Assembly (NCBI GenBank): GCA_904398655.1
Contig: CAJFPF010000066.1
Span: forward strand, 14,784-78,783
Direction of reading: 5' to 3'
Origin: an uncultured Anaerotruncus sp.
GTDB lineage: Bacteria; Bacillota; Clostridia; Oscillospirales; Ruminococcaceae
Length of the DNA: 64,000 bases
Of this stretch, positions 1 to 8,689 are shown one piece after another (the first letter of the stretch is position 1; every line of letters starts with the position of its first letter). The translations under genes were made by a program, and so were the position numbers. The notes beneath the pieces were generated by a model. The model ran no database searches and was not told the DNA's origin. It worked only from the letters and a program-made list of their open reading frames with translations.

Positions 1-538
1 AGATCACCAGGATGAACTCTGCGATCCCCACAATGCCCAGGCAGAACAGCTCTAAAAAGATCACTGCCATGTTGAGGTCCAGGATCTGGAAAATCTCCCG
101 GGACAGGGTTTCCAGGATCCGCGGGAGATCCGAGAGGGAAAACCCGTGGTTTACCGCCATAATGAAGATGCTCAAAAAGGTCACCGCACAGCTGAGTACG
201 ATCCAGACCATGGAGGCGATCAATTTGCTGGAGATCAGCTGCCAGGTCCGCACCGGAAGGGTGAACATCAGGTACCCCTCCTCTGAGAGCAGGTTTTTAT
301 AGAACCGCTGGATCATCACTACCACGGTGAGGACAAAGATGGCCATGATGAGCAGGACATACAGAAGAACCCCGATGGCGGTAGAAATCCGTGAAACTTC
401 ATGTGTCTGAGGGAAGCCTGCCCCGTCGATCCGAAACAGCAGGTTGTTGATGACCGCCAACGCCAAAAGCGCGCCATAGAGGGGCAAAAACGCCCGGCCG
501 GTGGCCTTGAATTCATACTTTAACAGCTTGCTCAACAT
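1..538 (-). CDS. ABC-2-type transporter permease, N-terminal part (gene runs off the window start)
   Basis: Absent from the ORF track because there is no stop codon in the window. The ATG at 538-536 overlaps the TGA of the upstream ATPase (ATGTTGA). My translation, MLSKLLKYEFKATGRAFLPLYGALLALAVINNLL...GVLLYVLLIMAIFVLTVVVMIQRF...MVWIVLSCAVTFLSIFIMAV, shows several hydrophobic spans. Its position after the GntR and ATPase genes fits a permease. Confidence 0.7.
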   Translation of the reverse strand, partial: MLSKLLKYEFKATGRAFLPLYGALLALAVINNLLFRIDGAGFPQTHEVSRISTAIGVLLYVLLIMAIFVLTVVVMIQRFYKNLLSEEGYLMFTLPVRTWQLISSKLIASMVWIVLSCAVTFLSIFIMAVNHGFSLSDLPRILETLSREIFQILDLNMAVIFLELFCLGIVGIAEFILVI

Positions 539-1236
539 TTGAATACCTCCCGGAATAGGGCGTCCACCGACATCCGGTGCTCCTCCCGCAGCTGATCCAC
601 TGGGGAGGACAAGACCACTTCCCCCTGCTTTAAAAAGATCACATCGTCCAGAATTTTCTCCACATCGGCGATCAGGTGGGTGGAGAGCAGAATGGTGGAG
701 TCCTCGCTATAGTTGGACAAAATGGTGTTGAGGATGTAGTCCCGGGCGGCCGGGTCCACTCCGCCAATGGGCTCATCCAAGAGATAGAGGGGGACCTGCC
801 GGCTCATCACCAGAATGAGCTGAACCTTCTCCTGGTTTCCTTTGGAGAGGGCTTTCAGCCGGTCACGGGGGTTGATGCCCAGACGCTGCAACATATCGTA
901 CGCCTTGGCGGTGTCGAAGTTGCTATAAAAATCCGCAAAGAAATGGACCAGTTCCTCCACCCGCATCCAATCGTTGAGGTAACTGCGGTCGGGCAGATAG
1001 GAGACGGAGAGTTTGGTCTGAGGCCCCACCGGTTGCCCTTGGATGGAGAGGCTTCCGGCAGTGGGGGTGAGCAGGCCGTTGCATAGCTTGATCAAGGTGC
1101 TCTTTCCGCTCCCATTTGGCCCCAAGAGCCCCACAATTCGCCCCTTTGAAAGGGTCAAATTGATTCCCCTTAGGGCCTGAACCCCCTTGCCATATTGCTT
1201 TTCCAGCCCCCGGCACTCCAAAATCGGTTCCATCAA
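532..1236 (-). CDS. ABC transporter ATP-binding protein
   Basis: 234-aa ORF with Walker [10 protein letters not shown], signature-like LSKGNQEKV and Walker B LYLLDEP. Its start lies 4 nt after the gntR stop. Confidence 0.9.
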   Translation of the reverse strand: MMEPILECRGLEKQYGKGVQALRGINLTLSKGRIVGLLGPNGSGKSTLIKLCNGLLTPTAGSLSIQGQPVGPQTKLSVSYLPDRSYLNDWMRVEELVHFFADFYSNFDTAKAYDMLQRLGINPRDRLKALSKGNQEKVQLILVMSRQVPLYLLDEPIGGVDPAARDYILNTILSNYSEDSTILLSTHLIADVEKILDDVIFLKQGEVVLSSPVDQLREEHRMSVDALFREVFKC

Positions 1237-1239
1237 ACA

Positions 1240-1608
1240 TTAAACCTCCTTTGTGGTAATGTCTTTTAAGATCTCCAACGTCTGCACCCGGTCAAACCCC
1301 AGGGAGGCCATGTGGCCCAGGAAGGTCTCCACTTCCTGACGGGCGAGGGTCCGTTTGATCTCTTGAATCCGGTCCTGGTCCTGGGTGATATACCGGCCGT
1401 TGGTACGCTGGGTGAAGACCAGACCGCTGCGCTCCAACTCAGAGAGAGCCCGTTGCATCGTATTGGGATTGACGGAGGCCTCCGCAGCCAGATCCCGGAC
1501 GGAGGGAAGCCGCTCCCCTGGCTGATAGACCCCGGAGATGATCCGCCGTTGGATCTGCTCGATCAGTTGCGCGTAAATCGGCCGGTCTTCATTGAGTTCC
1601 CATGTCAA
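1240..1608 (-). CDS. GntR-family transcriptional regulator (short YtrA-like subfamily)
   Basis: 122-aa ORF. The N-terminal winged HTH, PIYAQLIEQIQRRIISGVYQPGERLPSVRDLAAEASVNPNTMQRALSELERSGLV, is typical of GntR. It is the first gene of the ABC module. Confidence 0.9.
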   Translation of the reverse strand: MTWELNEDRPIYAQLIEQIQRRIISGVYQPGERLPSVRDLAAEASVNPNTMQRALSELERSGLVFTQRTNGRYITQDQDRIQEIKRTLARQEVETFLGHMASLGFDRVQTLEILKDITTKEV

Positions 1609-1625
1609 ACGATCATCTCCCCTGA

Positions 1626-1675
1626 TTGTACTAAAAGACTAATACAATGATACGATCTTTTAAGCGCTTTGTCAA
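1626..1675 (-). promoter_or_regulatory. Candidate sigma-A promoter plus GntR-type operator of the gntR-ABC operon
   Basis: Read on the minus strand: TTGACA (1675-1670), a 17-nt spacer, then TATCAT (1652-1647). Directly downstream is an imperfect inverted repeat, TTGTACTAA-N4-CTAATACAA (1626-1647), whose half-sites agree at 7 of 9 positions. Confidence 0.45.
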
Positions 1676-1706
1676 CCCCGCTGGAGAAATTTCTACTTCA
1701 AATTTT

Positions 1707-2189
1707 TCACCAACTTCGGAACCCCTCAATATGGAGCCCTTGGGCACGGAAGTATTGGTAGCTGGAGAGGGGACGCAGGTGGGCGTCGAAGCTGTGGGCG
1801 GAGACCAATAGCTGGTCCCCAACGCCGGTGACCAAGAGGGAATGGTACCAAACCCTATCCTCCCGGCCCAACTGGATTACATCCCCCGGCAGCAGTTCCT
1901 CCAGCCCCACCGCCCGAGCGAAGGGACCCACCGAACGGTTTTGCAGCAGAAAGCGGCGCAGGTGGGGCACGCTGCTCCAGGCGGCGGCACGATTGGCGGG
2001 AGAGGAATAGTACCATCCCACATCCTTCTGGTAGTTCATCACCCCTCCACCGGCAAACAGGCATTGGGAGACAAAGCTGGTGCAGTCCCCGCCGATCCCG
2101 TTGAAGCTGAGATAGCGGGGATTGCGGCCAAACGCCCACCGGGCGGCGTACGCGGTGGCATCCTCCCGGCGATAGAGCAGGGTTTTCAT
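1707..2189 (-). CDS. Putative amidase-domain protein (PF12671-like)
   Basis: 160-aa ORF. YAARWAFGRNPRYLSFNGIGGDCTSFVSQCLFAGG and GDVIQL...WYHSLLVT match my memory of the putative-amidase domain family. A GGAGG RBS lies upstream. Confidence 0.6.
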   Translation of the reverse strand: MKTLLYRREDATAYAARWAFGRNPRYLSFNGIGGDCTSFVSQCLFAGGGVMNYQKDVGWYYSSPANRAAAWSSVPHLRRFLLQNRSVGPFARAVGLEELLPGDVIQLGREDRVWYHSLLVTGVGDQLLVSAHSFDAHLRPLSSYQYFRAQGLHIEGFRSW

Positions 2190-2212
2190 AGGGACGACCT
2201 CCTTACATCGGG

Positions 2213-2241
2213 TTGACTTTTATAGGAAATTCCAGTAAAAT
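2213..2241 (+). promoter_or_regulatory. Candidate sigma-A promoter of the cobamide operon
   Basis: TTGACT (2213-2218), a 17-nt spacer, then TAAAAT (2236-2241). Confidence 0.45.
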
Positions 2242-2293
2242 TGAATGGAATTATGGGCTGTTTTCCACTGCCCATGGACTTGGTCACTGTAGA

Positions 2294-2331
2294 AGCCATT
2301 CGGAAGCAGGAGGCTGGCCGAATGGCTTTTT
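2294..2331 (+). terminator. Intrinsic-terminator-like hairpin in the cbi leader (possible attenuator)
   Basis: Perfect 10-bp stem AGCCATTCGG (2294-2303) / CCGAATGGCT (2318-2327) with a 14-nt loop, followed by TTTTT (2327-2331). It ends 3 nt before the first possible cbiD start. Confidence 0.5.
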
Positions 2332-2333
2332 GA

Positions 2334-3473
2334 ATGCGGAGAGGAGGCGTGCCGTTGGAGAGCTATGAGGTGCGTGGCGGTAAACGGCTGCGCCGGGGCT
2401 ACACCACTGGCACCTGTGCGGCGGCCGCCGCCTCTGCCGCGGCCGAATATCTACTCACCGGCTTTGCCCCCCTGGAGGTGAAGGTCAGTACCCCAGCTGG
2501 AATGGAGCTGACCCTTCCGGTGGAGGAGTCCGCCCGAGGGCAGGGGTTCGCCCTTTGCGGCGTGCGCAAGGACGCCGGAGACGATCCAGATGTCACGGAT
2601 GGCTGTATCATCTGTGCCCGCGTCACACCTTTGGAGGCCGGCCGATTCCAGGTGGAGGGGGGAGCCGGCGTGGGACGGGTCACTCGACTGGGTTTGGAGC
2701 AGCCGGTGGGGGCAGCGGCCATCAACCGGGTCCCCCGCCGGATGATTGAGGAAGCGCTCCGCCGGGCTTCCTCCCGCTTCTCCCCAGGAACCGGTCTGCG
2801 GGCGGAGATTTTGGTCCCCGGAGGGGAGATGTTGGCGGAAAAGACCTACAACCCCCGCCTGGGCATCCAGGGAGGGATCTCCATTTTGGGGACCACCGGC
2901 ATTGTGGAGCCCATGAGTGAGTCCGCCCTGGTGGAGACCATCCACCGGGAGATGGATCTGCTCCGTGCCCAGGGGCCGGCGCCCATCCTGGTGGTTCCCG
3001 GCAGCTATGGGGAGCGATTTTGCGATACGCTGGGATTGGATCTGGGCCGCAGCGTGCTCTGCTCCAATTTCATAGGGGAAGCGGTTGACTATGCCGCCTA
3101 CCTGGGGTTTGCCGGGCTCCTATTGGTGGGGCATCTGGGCAAGCTTTGCAAGCTGGCTGGGGGGATTTTCCAGACCCATTCCAAAGTGGCGGACGCCCGG
3201 ATGGAGATTTTGACTGCCCATGCCGCCCTGTGCGGGGCGGATCGAGGCCTGCTGGAAGCCCTGATGGGAAGTGTTACCACCGACGGGGCGGTGGACCTCT
3301 TGTCAGAGGCGGATCTGTTGGAACCGGTGATGGAACGTTTGATGGAGCGGATTGGCTTCCATTTGAAAGCAAGGGCCCCCTCGTTCCAGGTGGAGGCGGT
3401 GGTCTACACCAATGAACGGGGGATTTTGGGGCAGACCGTTCAAGCGGGAAAGCTGTTGGCACAGCTGAAGTAG
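2334..3473 (+). CDS. cbiD: Cobalt-precorrin-5B (C1)-methyltransferase CbiD
   Basis: 379-aa ORF with the GYTTGTCAAAAA motif characteristic of CbiD. The true start may be TTG 2355, downstream of GGAGAGGAGG. Confidence 0.9.
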   Translation: MRRGGVPLESYEVRGGKRLRRGYTTGTCAAAAASAAAEYLLTGFAPLEVKVSTPAGMELTLPVEESARGQGFALCGVRKDAGDDPDVTDGCIICARVTPLEAGRFQVEGGAGVGRVTRLGLEQPVGAAAINRVPRRMIEEALRRASSRFSPGTGLRAEILVPGGEMLAEKTYNPRLGIQGGISILGTTGIVEPMSESALVETIHREMDLLRAQGPAPILVVPGSYGERFCDTLGLDLGRSVLCSNFIGEAVDYAAYLGFAGLLLVGHLGKLCKLAGGIFQTHSKVADARMEILTAHAALCGADRGLLEALMGSVTTDGAVDLLSEADLLEPVMERLMERIGFHLKARAPSFQVEAVVYTNERGILGQTVQAGKLLAQLK

Positions 3474-3485
3474 GGAGGAATTGCG

Positions 3486-4178
3486 ATGGAAGGGAAACTC
3501 TATGGGGTAGGTGTGGGACCGGGCGACCCGGGGTTAGTGACATTGAAGGCCGCCCAGCTGATCGCCTCCTGTGACAGGTTGGCCTATCCTGCCTCCAAGC
3601 ATCAGCGGGATCAGGTGGCCTTCTCCATCGCCTGCGCGGCGGTGCCCCAGGCGGCGGAGAAAGCGGTGCTGGAATTGGATCTGCCCATGACCCGGGATCC
3701 TCAGGTGCTGGACCGCCACCGTCAACAGGCGGCCAACCAGCTGGCGGACTGCCTGAAACGGGGGGAGCAGGTGGTATTTCTGACCATTGGGGACGTATCC
3801 ATCTACTCCACCTATACCTATCTGCAGGCACTGGTTCAACAGATGGGATATGCTACAGAGATGGTGCCTGGCGTCCCCTCCTTTTGCGCGGTGGCTGCCC
3901 GGTTGGGGACGCCATTGGTGGAGGGTGGAGAACCCCTCCACCTGTTGCCCGCCTCCTATGCGGGCACAGCGGAGGCGTTGACGTGGCCGGGGACCAAGGT
4001 GCTGATGAAGTCCGGCCGGTCGCTGGAACAGGTGGCGGCACTCCTGCGGGAGCGAGGGTTGGCGCCCCACACCCAGTTGGTGGAACAGTGCGGGCTGCCC
4101 GGGGAGCGGATCTATCCCACCTTGGATCAACTGGAGGGAACCGCCCACTATCTCACCACCTTAGTGGTAAAGGAGTAG
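3486..4178 (+). CDS. cbiL: Cobalt-precorrin-2 C20-methyltransferase CbiL
   Basis: 230-aa ORF. LYGVGVGPGDPGLVTLKA is the N-terminal motif of tetrapyrrole methylases. Size and position fit CbiL. Confidence 0.85.
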   Translation: MEGKLYGVGVGPGDPGLVTLKAAQLIASCDRLAYPASKHQRDQVAFSIACAAVPQAAEKAVLELDLPMTRDPQVLDRHRQQAANQLADCLKRGEQVVFLTIGDVSIYSTYTYLQALVQQMGYATEMVPGVPSFCAVAARLGTPLVEGGEPLHLLPASYAGTAEALTWPGTKVLMKSGRSLEQVAALLRERGLAPHTQLVEQCGLPGERIYPTLDQLEGTAHYLTTLVVKE

Positions 4179-4188
4179 GAGGGAGAAA

Positions 4189-4956
4189 ATGGTACACTTT
4201 GTGGGAGCAGGCTGCGGCGCGCCGGACTTGATCACTGTACGGGGGCTGCGGCTGCTGCAGCAGGCGGATGTGGTGATCTATGCGGGTTCTCTGGTAAACC
4301 CTGCTCTATTGAAGGAGACCAAACCTGGCTGCCAGCTGTATAACAGCGCCTCCATGACCTTAGAGGCGGTGGTGGAGGTGATCTGCCGGGCGGAGTCCCA
4401 GGGATTGAACACTCTGCGGCTGCACACAGGGGATCCCTGCCTATACGGGGCGATCCGGGAACAGATCGACCGGTTGGAGCAGCTGGGAATCTCCTACGAC
4501 CTGACGCCAGGGGTCAGCTCATTCTGCGGCGCGGCGGCGGCCCTAGGTCACCAGGGCGGCGCGGAATACACCCTGCCTGGCGTCTCCCAGACGGTCATCA
4601 TCACCCGGATGGCTGGGCGTACACCGGTACCGGAGAGGGAGTCGATCCCCCAATTGGCCGCACATGGGGCCACGATGGTGGTCTTTTTGAGCGCGGGCAT
4701 GATTCCCGAACTGACCCGGCAGTTGCTGGAAGGGGGATATGCCCCCCAGACCCCAGCGGCCATCGTCTATAAGGCCTCCTGGCCGGAGGAGAAGACGCTG
4801 GTGGGCACACTGGAGCAGCTGCCCGGGCTGGCTCAAATGAATGGGATCTCCAAAACGGCCCTCATCCTGGTGGGAGAATTTTTGTCCTCCGGTTATGACC
4901 GCTCCAAGCTGTACGATCCGATGTTCTCCCACGGCTTCCGGGAGGCCTCCCAATGA
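4189..4956 (+). CDS. cbiF: Cobalt-precorrin-4 C11-methyltransferase CbiF
   Basis: 255-aa ORF with VHFVGAGCGAPDLITVRG and HTGDPCLYGA, which are CbiF/CobM-type motifs. Confidence 0.9.
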   Translation: MVHFVGAGCGAPDLITVRGLRLLQQADVVIYAGSLVNPALLKETKPGCQLYNSASMTLEAVVEVICRAESQGLNTLRLHTGDPCLYGAIREQIDRLEQLGISYDLTPGVSSFCGAAAALGHQGGAEYTLPGVSQTVIITRMAGRTPVPERESIPQLAAHGATMVVFLSAGMIPELTRQLLEGGYAPQTPAAIVYKASWPEEKTLVGTLEQLPGLAQMNGISKTALILVGEFLSSGYDRSKLYDPMFSHGFREASQ

Positions 4957-5987
4957 CCCTCTCCATCGCCTGCTTCACCGCTGCGGGGGAGGCGCTGGCC
5001 CAGCGGTTGGAGATTGCGTTGCGGGCCGAAGGGGAACAGGTGCGGCGGCGGGATCGGATCCGCAGCAAAACGAGCCCCTCTCTGGGGGAGTGGGCGGCGG
5101 AAGGGTTTGCTTTGGATGACGCTCTGGTGTTCATTGGAGCCAGCGGCATCGCTGTCCGGGCGATTGCGCCGCTGGTGCGGGATAAACATACCGATCCTGC
5201 GGTGGTGACGGTGGATGAGGGAGGGCGGTTTGTGGTGCCCCTGCTCTCCGGCCATGTGGGCGGGGCCAACGACCTGGCCCGCCAGATCGCCGTGCTTCTG
5301 GGGGCCCAGCCTGTCATCTCCACCGCCACCGATTTGAACGGCCGGTTTGCGGTGGATGTATGGGCAAAACACAGTGGCGTGGTCCTGGATGACCCTCAAT
5401 TGGCCAAGGCCATTTCCGCTGCCCTACTGGAAGGGCAAACGGTGGGCATTTGCAGCGATTTCCCTCTGAATGGGACACTGCCCCGAGGGCTGGCGGACCA
5501 GGAGAAAACGGAGCTGGGGCTCTATATCACTTTGCACGGGGAAAAACATCCCTTCCGGCACACCCTCTTGGCAATTCCTCAAATTGTAACGTTGGGGATT
5601 GGCTGCCGCCGGGGGACATCTTTGGAGGTTCTGGAGGGGGTGGTGGACCGTTTCCTCGCCCACGTTTCAATTGACCGCCGGTCGGTACGAGAGGTCGCCA
5701 CCATCGACCGGAAACGGGAGGAGGCGGGACTGGTCGCCCTGTGCGCGTCCAGGAGATGGCCCCTACGCTGCTTCACTGCAGGGCAGTTGGCGGCAGTGGA
5801 AGGGCATTTTACCACCTCTGCCTTTGTCCAAGAGACGGTGGGAGTGGACAATGTGTGTGAACGGGCGGCTGTATTGGCCGGCGGAAAGTTGCTGGCCCCC
5901 AAATACCAAGGAATGGGCGTGACAGTGGCTGCCGCGATTTTGAACTGGCAGCCATGTTTGGCGGAAAAGGAGGAAGAGCGCGAATGA
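4953..5987 (+). CDS. cbiG: Cobalt-precorrin-5A hydrolase CbiG
   Basis: 344-aa ORF whose start overlaps the cbiF stop. The two-domain CbiG-like sequence includes LGIGCRRG near the C-terminal domain. It sits in the usual position between cbiF and cbiH. Confidence 0.85.
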   Translation: MTLSIACFTAAGEALAQRLEIALRAEGEQVRRRDRIRSKTSPSLGEWAAEGFALDDALVFIGASGIAVRAIAPLVRDKHTDPAVVTVDEGGRFVVPLLSGHVGGANDLARQIAVLLGAQPVISTATDLNGRFAVDVWAKHSGVVLDDPQLAKAISAALLEGQTVGICSDFPLNGTLPRGLADQEKTELGLYITLHGEKHPFRHTLLAIPQIVTLGIGCRRGTSLEVLEGVVDRFLAHVSIDRRSVREVATIDRKREEAGLVALCASRRWPLRCFTAGQLAAVEGHFTTSAFVQETVGVDNVCERAAVLAGGKLLAPKYQGMGVTVAAAILNWQPCLAEKEEERE

Positions 5988-6712
5988 AACTGTATGTAGT
6001 GGGACTGGGTCCTGGGGATCAAGCGGATATGACCGTACGGGCTCTGGGCGCCCTGGCGGAGAGCGAGCTGATTGTGGGATATGAGGGGTACATCCGCCTG
6101 ATCCAGGACCGTTTTCCGGGGAAACAGTTCCTTTCCACTCCTATGCGCCAGGAGGTGGATCGGTGCCGGACAGCGTTGCAGGAGGCTGCGTCCGGTAAGA
6201 CCGTTTCGATGGTATGCAGTGGGGACGCGGGAATTTACGGGATGGCGGGGCTCCTTTACCAGTTGGCGGAGGAGTATCCGCCGGTGTGGATCCAAGTGAT
6301 TCCAGGGATCACGGCCGCCTGTAGCGGGGCGGCGCTGTTGGGCGCGCCTCTCGCCAACGACTTTGTGACCATCTCCCTCAGCGACCTGCTGACCCCTTGG
6401 GAAACCATCGAGCGGCGTCTGCGAGCGGCAGCGGCGGGGGATTTCTGCCTGGCCATCTATAACCCTGCCAGCCACGGCCGCCCGGACACCCTCCAGCGGG
6501 CATGCGACATCCTGCTGGAGACCTACTCCCCCAAAACGCCGGCAGGCGTGGTACAAAATGTAGGCCGGGACGGGGAGGGATATCTGGTGATGACCCTGGA
6601 GGAGCTGCGGGAATTTCCCGCGGATATGCTCACCACCGCCTTTGTGGGAAACTCCACCACCCAGATCATTGCCGGCCGGATGGTGACCCCGCGGGGATAT
6701 CAGCGGGCCTGA
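5984..6712 (+). CDS. cbiH: Cobalt-precorrin-3B C17-methyltransferase CbiH
   Basis: The ATG at 5984 overlaps the cbiG TGA (ATGA) and follows AAAGGAGGAAG. The protein starts MKLYVVGLGPGD. The track ORF beginning at 5954 is an in-frame upstream extension. Confidence 0.9.
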   Translation: MKLYVVGLGPGDQADMTVRALGALAESELIVGYEGYIRLIQDRFPGKQFLSTPMRQEVDRCRTALQEAASGKTVSMVCSGDAGIYGMAGLLYQLAEEYPPVWIQVIPGITAACSGAALLGAPLANDFVTISLSDLLTPWETIERRLRAAAAGDFCLAIYNPASHGRPDTLQRACDILLETYSPKTPAGVVQNVGRDGEGYLVMTLEELREFPADMLTTAFVGNSTTQIIAGRMVTPRGYQRA

Positions 6713-6725
6713 GCGGGTGGATCGA

Positions 6726-7472
6726 ATGGCGAAAATTTTGATCTTCGCGGGGACCTCTGAAGGACGGGAGTTGGCAGAGTGGCTTTTGACGCAGGGGGTC
6801 CAGGTGTCCGCCAGCGTGACCACCCACTATGGGGAAAGCCTGCTGCCGCCGGGAGTAGAGGTTTTCTCCCATCCGATGGGCCGGGAGGAGATGGCCGCGC
6901 TTTTACAAAGGTGCCCCTTTGCCTGCGTGGTGGACGCCACCCATCCCTATGCCAGCCAGGCCACCGGGAACATTCGGGCGGCCTGCGCCCAAGTGGGGAT
7001 GCCCTACCTGCGGTTGCTGCGCCCATCGCAAGAAGGGCAGGGCGGGCGGTATGTGGCCACCCATGCCCAGGCGGTGGAGCTGCTTTCCCGTACGCAGGGG
7101 AACATCCTGCTCACCACCGGAAGCAAGGATTTAGAGACCTATACCCAACTTCCCAACTATCAAGAGCGGGTATTCCCCCGGGTGCTCCCCACGGTGGAGT
7201 CGGTGAGCCGCTGCCTGGAGCTGGGGTTTCCCGTGGGCCATCTGATCGCCATGCAGGGCCCGTTTAGCCAGGAGTTGAACCAGGCGCTTCTGCGCCAGGT
7301 GAACGCTTCCTTTTTGGTGACCAAGGAGTCTGGGTCGGCAGGGGGCTTTTTGGAAAAGTTGAAAGCCGCCCAGGCGGTAGGAGCCACGGCGGTGGTCATT
7401 GGACGGCCTCTTCGGGAGGAAGGGCTGACTTTGGGGCAACTGCAACAGATCTTGAAAGAGCGGTATTTGTAA
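6726..7472 (+). CDS. cbiJ: Cobalt-precorrin-6A reductase CbiJ
   Basis: The protein starts MAKILIFAGTSEGRELAEWL, typical of CbiJ/CobK. ATG 6726 follows GGGTGG. GTG 6717 is an alternative start. Confidence 0.85.
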   Translation: MAKILIFAGTSEGRELAEWLLTQGVQVSASVTTHYGESLLPPGVEVFSHPMGREEMAALLQRCPFACVVDATHPYASQATGNIRAACAQVGMPYLRLLRPSQEGQGGRYVATHAQAVELLSRTQGNILLTTGSKDLETYTQLPNYQERVFPRVLPTVESVSRCLELGFPVGHLIAMQGPFSQELNQALLRQVNASFLVTKESGSAGGFLEKLKAAQAVGATAVVIGRPLREEGLTLGQLQQILKERYL

Positions 7473-7489
7473 CAAAAGGAGGAGTTGAA

Positions 7490-8689
7490 GTGGGGATTGC
7501 CATTGTGGGCGTGGGGATGGGTTCCCGGGAGCTGCTCACCCAACAGGCGGCCCAAGCGCTGGAGAACTGCCAGCTGCTTCTGGGTTCCCAGCGGCTTTTG
7601 GAGGCCTTCCCAGAGATGGGAAGGATCCGAGAGCTGGCAGTGACCCCACAGCAGGTGGCCCAGGCTGTCCACCGCCATGCCGATTTGGAGCGGATCTGCG
7701 TGCTGGTATCGGGGGATGTGGGATTTTTCAGCCTGACGAAGAGTCTGCTCCAGATGCCCGAGTTCCAGGACGCCCGGGTTCTCTGCGGGATCAGCAGCCT
7801 CCAATATTTTTGTGCCCGGTTGGGGATAGGCTGGGAGGATATCGAGGTTTTGAGCCTCCACGGCCGGAAGGGGGACCTTTTGGGTACGGTTCGCCGCAGC
7901 TCCAAACTCTTTTTGTTGGCGGGAGGGGAGAACACCCCCCAGAGCATCTGCGGCCAGCTGGCCGCAGCGGGGATGGGGGCGCTTTCAGTGGCTGTGGGGG
8001 AGGAGCTGGGCTCCAGCCGGGAGCGGATCACCTGCGGAACCGCCGCAGAATTGGCGGAAAGGCCGTTTGCACAGCTGGCGGTGCTGCTGGTGGAGAATCC
8101 CAATCCCCGTCGTCCAGTGGTTCCTAGCCTGCCGGACAGCGCCTTTTTGCGCGGGGAGGTCCCCATGACCAAAGAGGAGGTGCGGGCGGTCTCCCTGGCG
8201 AAATTGCGGTTGGAATGGGGGCAAACTGTCTGGGATGTGGGCGCCGGAACCGGCTCGGTCTCGGTGGAGGCCGCCCGGCTCACTGGAGGGGAGGTCTGCG
8301 CCGTCGAACAGGACCCTCAGGCACTGGAGCTGCTTCGGGCCCAGCGGGAGCGGTTTTGCCTGTCCCGGATGCGGGTGGTGGCGGGTAGCGCTCCCGAGGC
8401 CCTGGAGGGCCTGCCTGTCCCGGATGCTGTATTGATCGGTGGTTCCTCCGGACGGTTGGAGGGAATTTTTACAGCCATCCGCCGGGCCAATCCCCAGGCA
8501 CGGGTGGTGCTCAATGCCATCTCTTTGGAGACGCTGGCTCAGGCCACCGCCTGCTTTTCCCAGATTCTGGGCGTGGAGCCGGAGGTGGTCCAAATTTCGG
8601 TCTCCAAAGCCCGGCTGGCCGGTTCCCACCACCTGATGCTGGGACAAAATCCGGTCTATATTTTGAGCGGGGGTGGCAAGGATGGTTGA
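7490..8689 (+). CDS. cbiET: Fused cobalt-precorrin-7 C5-methyltransferase / cobalt-precorrin-6B C15-methyltransferase (decarboxylating), CbiE-CbiT
   Basis: 399-aa ORF with a GTG start. The N-terminal half resembles a tetrapyrrole methylase. The C-terminal half carries the SAM-binding motif VWDVGAGTGSVSVEAA typical of CbiT. Confidence 0.85.
   Translation: MGIAIVGVGMGSRELLTQQAAQALENCQLLLGSQRLLEAFPEMGRIRELAVTPQQVAQAVHRHADLERICVLVSGDVGFFSLTKSLLQMPEFQDARVLCGISSLQYFCARLGIGWEDIEVLSLHGRKGDLLGTVRRSSKLFLLAGGENTPQSICGQLAAAGMGALSVAVGEELGSSRERITCGTAAELAERPFAQLAVLLVENPNPRRPVVPSLPDSAFLRGEVPMTKEEVRAVSLAKLRLEWGQTVWDVGAGTGSVSVEAARLTGGEVCAVEQDPQALELLRAQRERFCLSRMRVVAGSAPEALEGLPVPDAVLIGGSSGRLEGIFTAIRRANPQARVVLNAISLETLAQATACFSQILGVEPEVVQISVSKARLAGSHHLMLGQNPVYILSGGGKDG

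Noticed and set aside
319-516. 65-aa minus-strand track ORF, and the 96-aa plus-strand ORF at 12..302.
   Set aside because: Both lie within the permease gene, which reads through this region in another frame with clear transmembrane character.
2190-2333. A canonical cobalamin riboswitch upstream of cbiD.
   Set aside because: It is expected from context, but the region is only 144 nt and I cannot find the conserved core blocks by eye. Only CCACTG and an AG-rich stretch in the terminator loop resemble them. I report it as an open question rather than as an RNA feature, and it needs cmsearch.
5579-6823. 414-aa minus-strand ORF. Similar long antisense ORFs occur at 7396..8283, 15348..16532, 31732..33051, 39590..40768, 45336..46223 and 59342..60352.
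   Set aside because: All lie opposite confidently identified genes (cbiG/H, cbiET, cobQ, the OFOR alpha subunit, cadA, addA, smc). All have low-complexity Arg/Pro/Gly/His-biased composition. I treat them as GC-driven artefacts.
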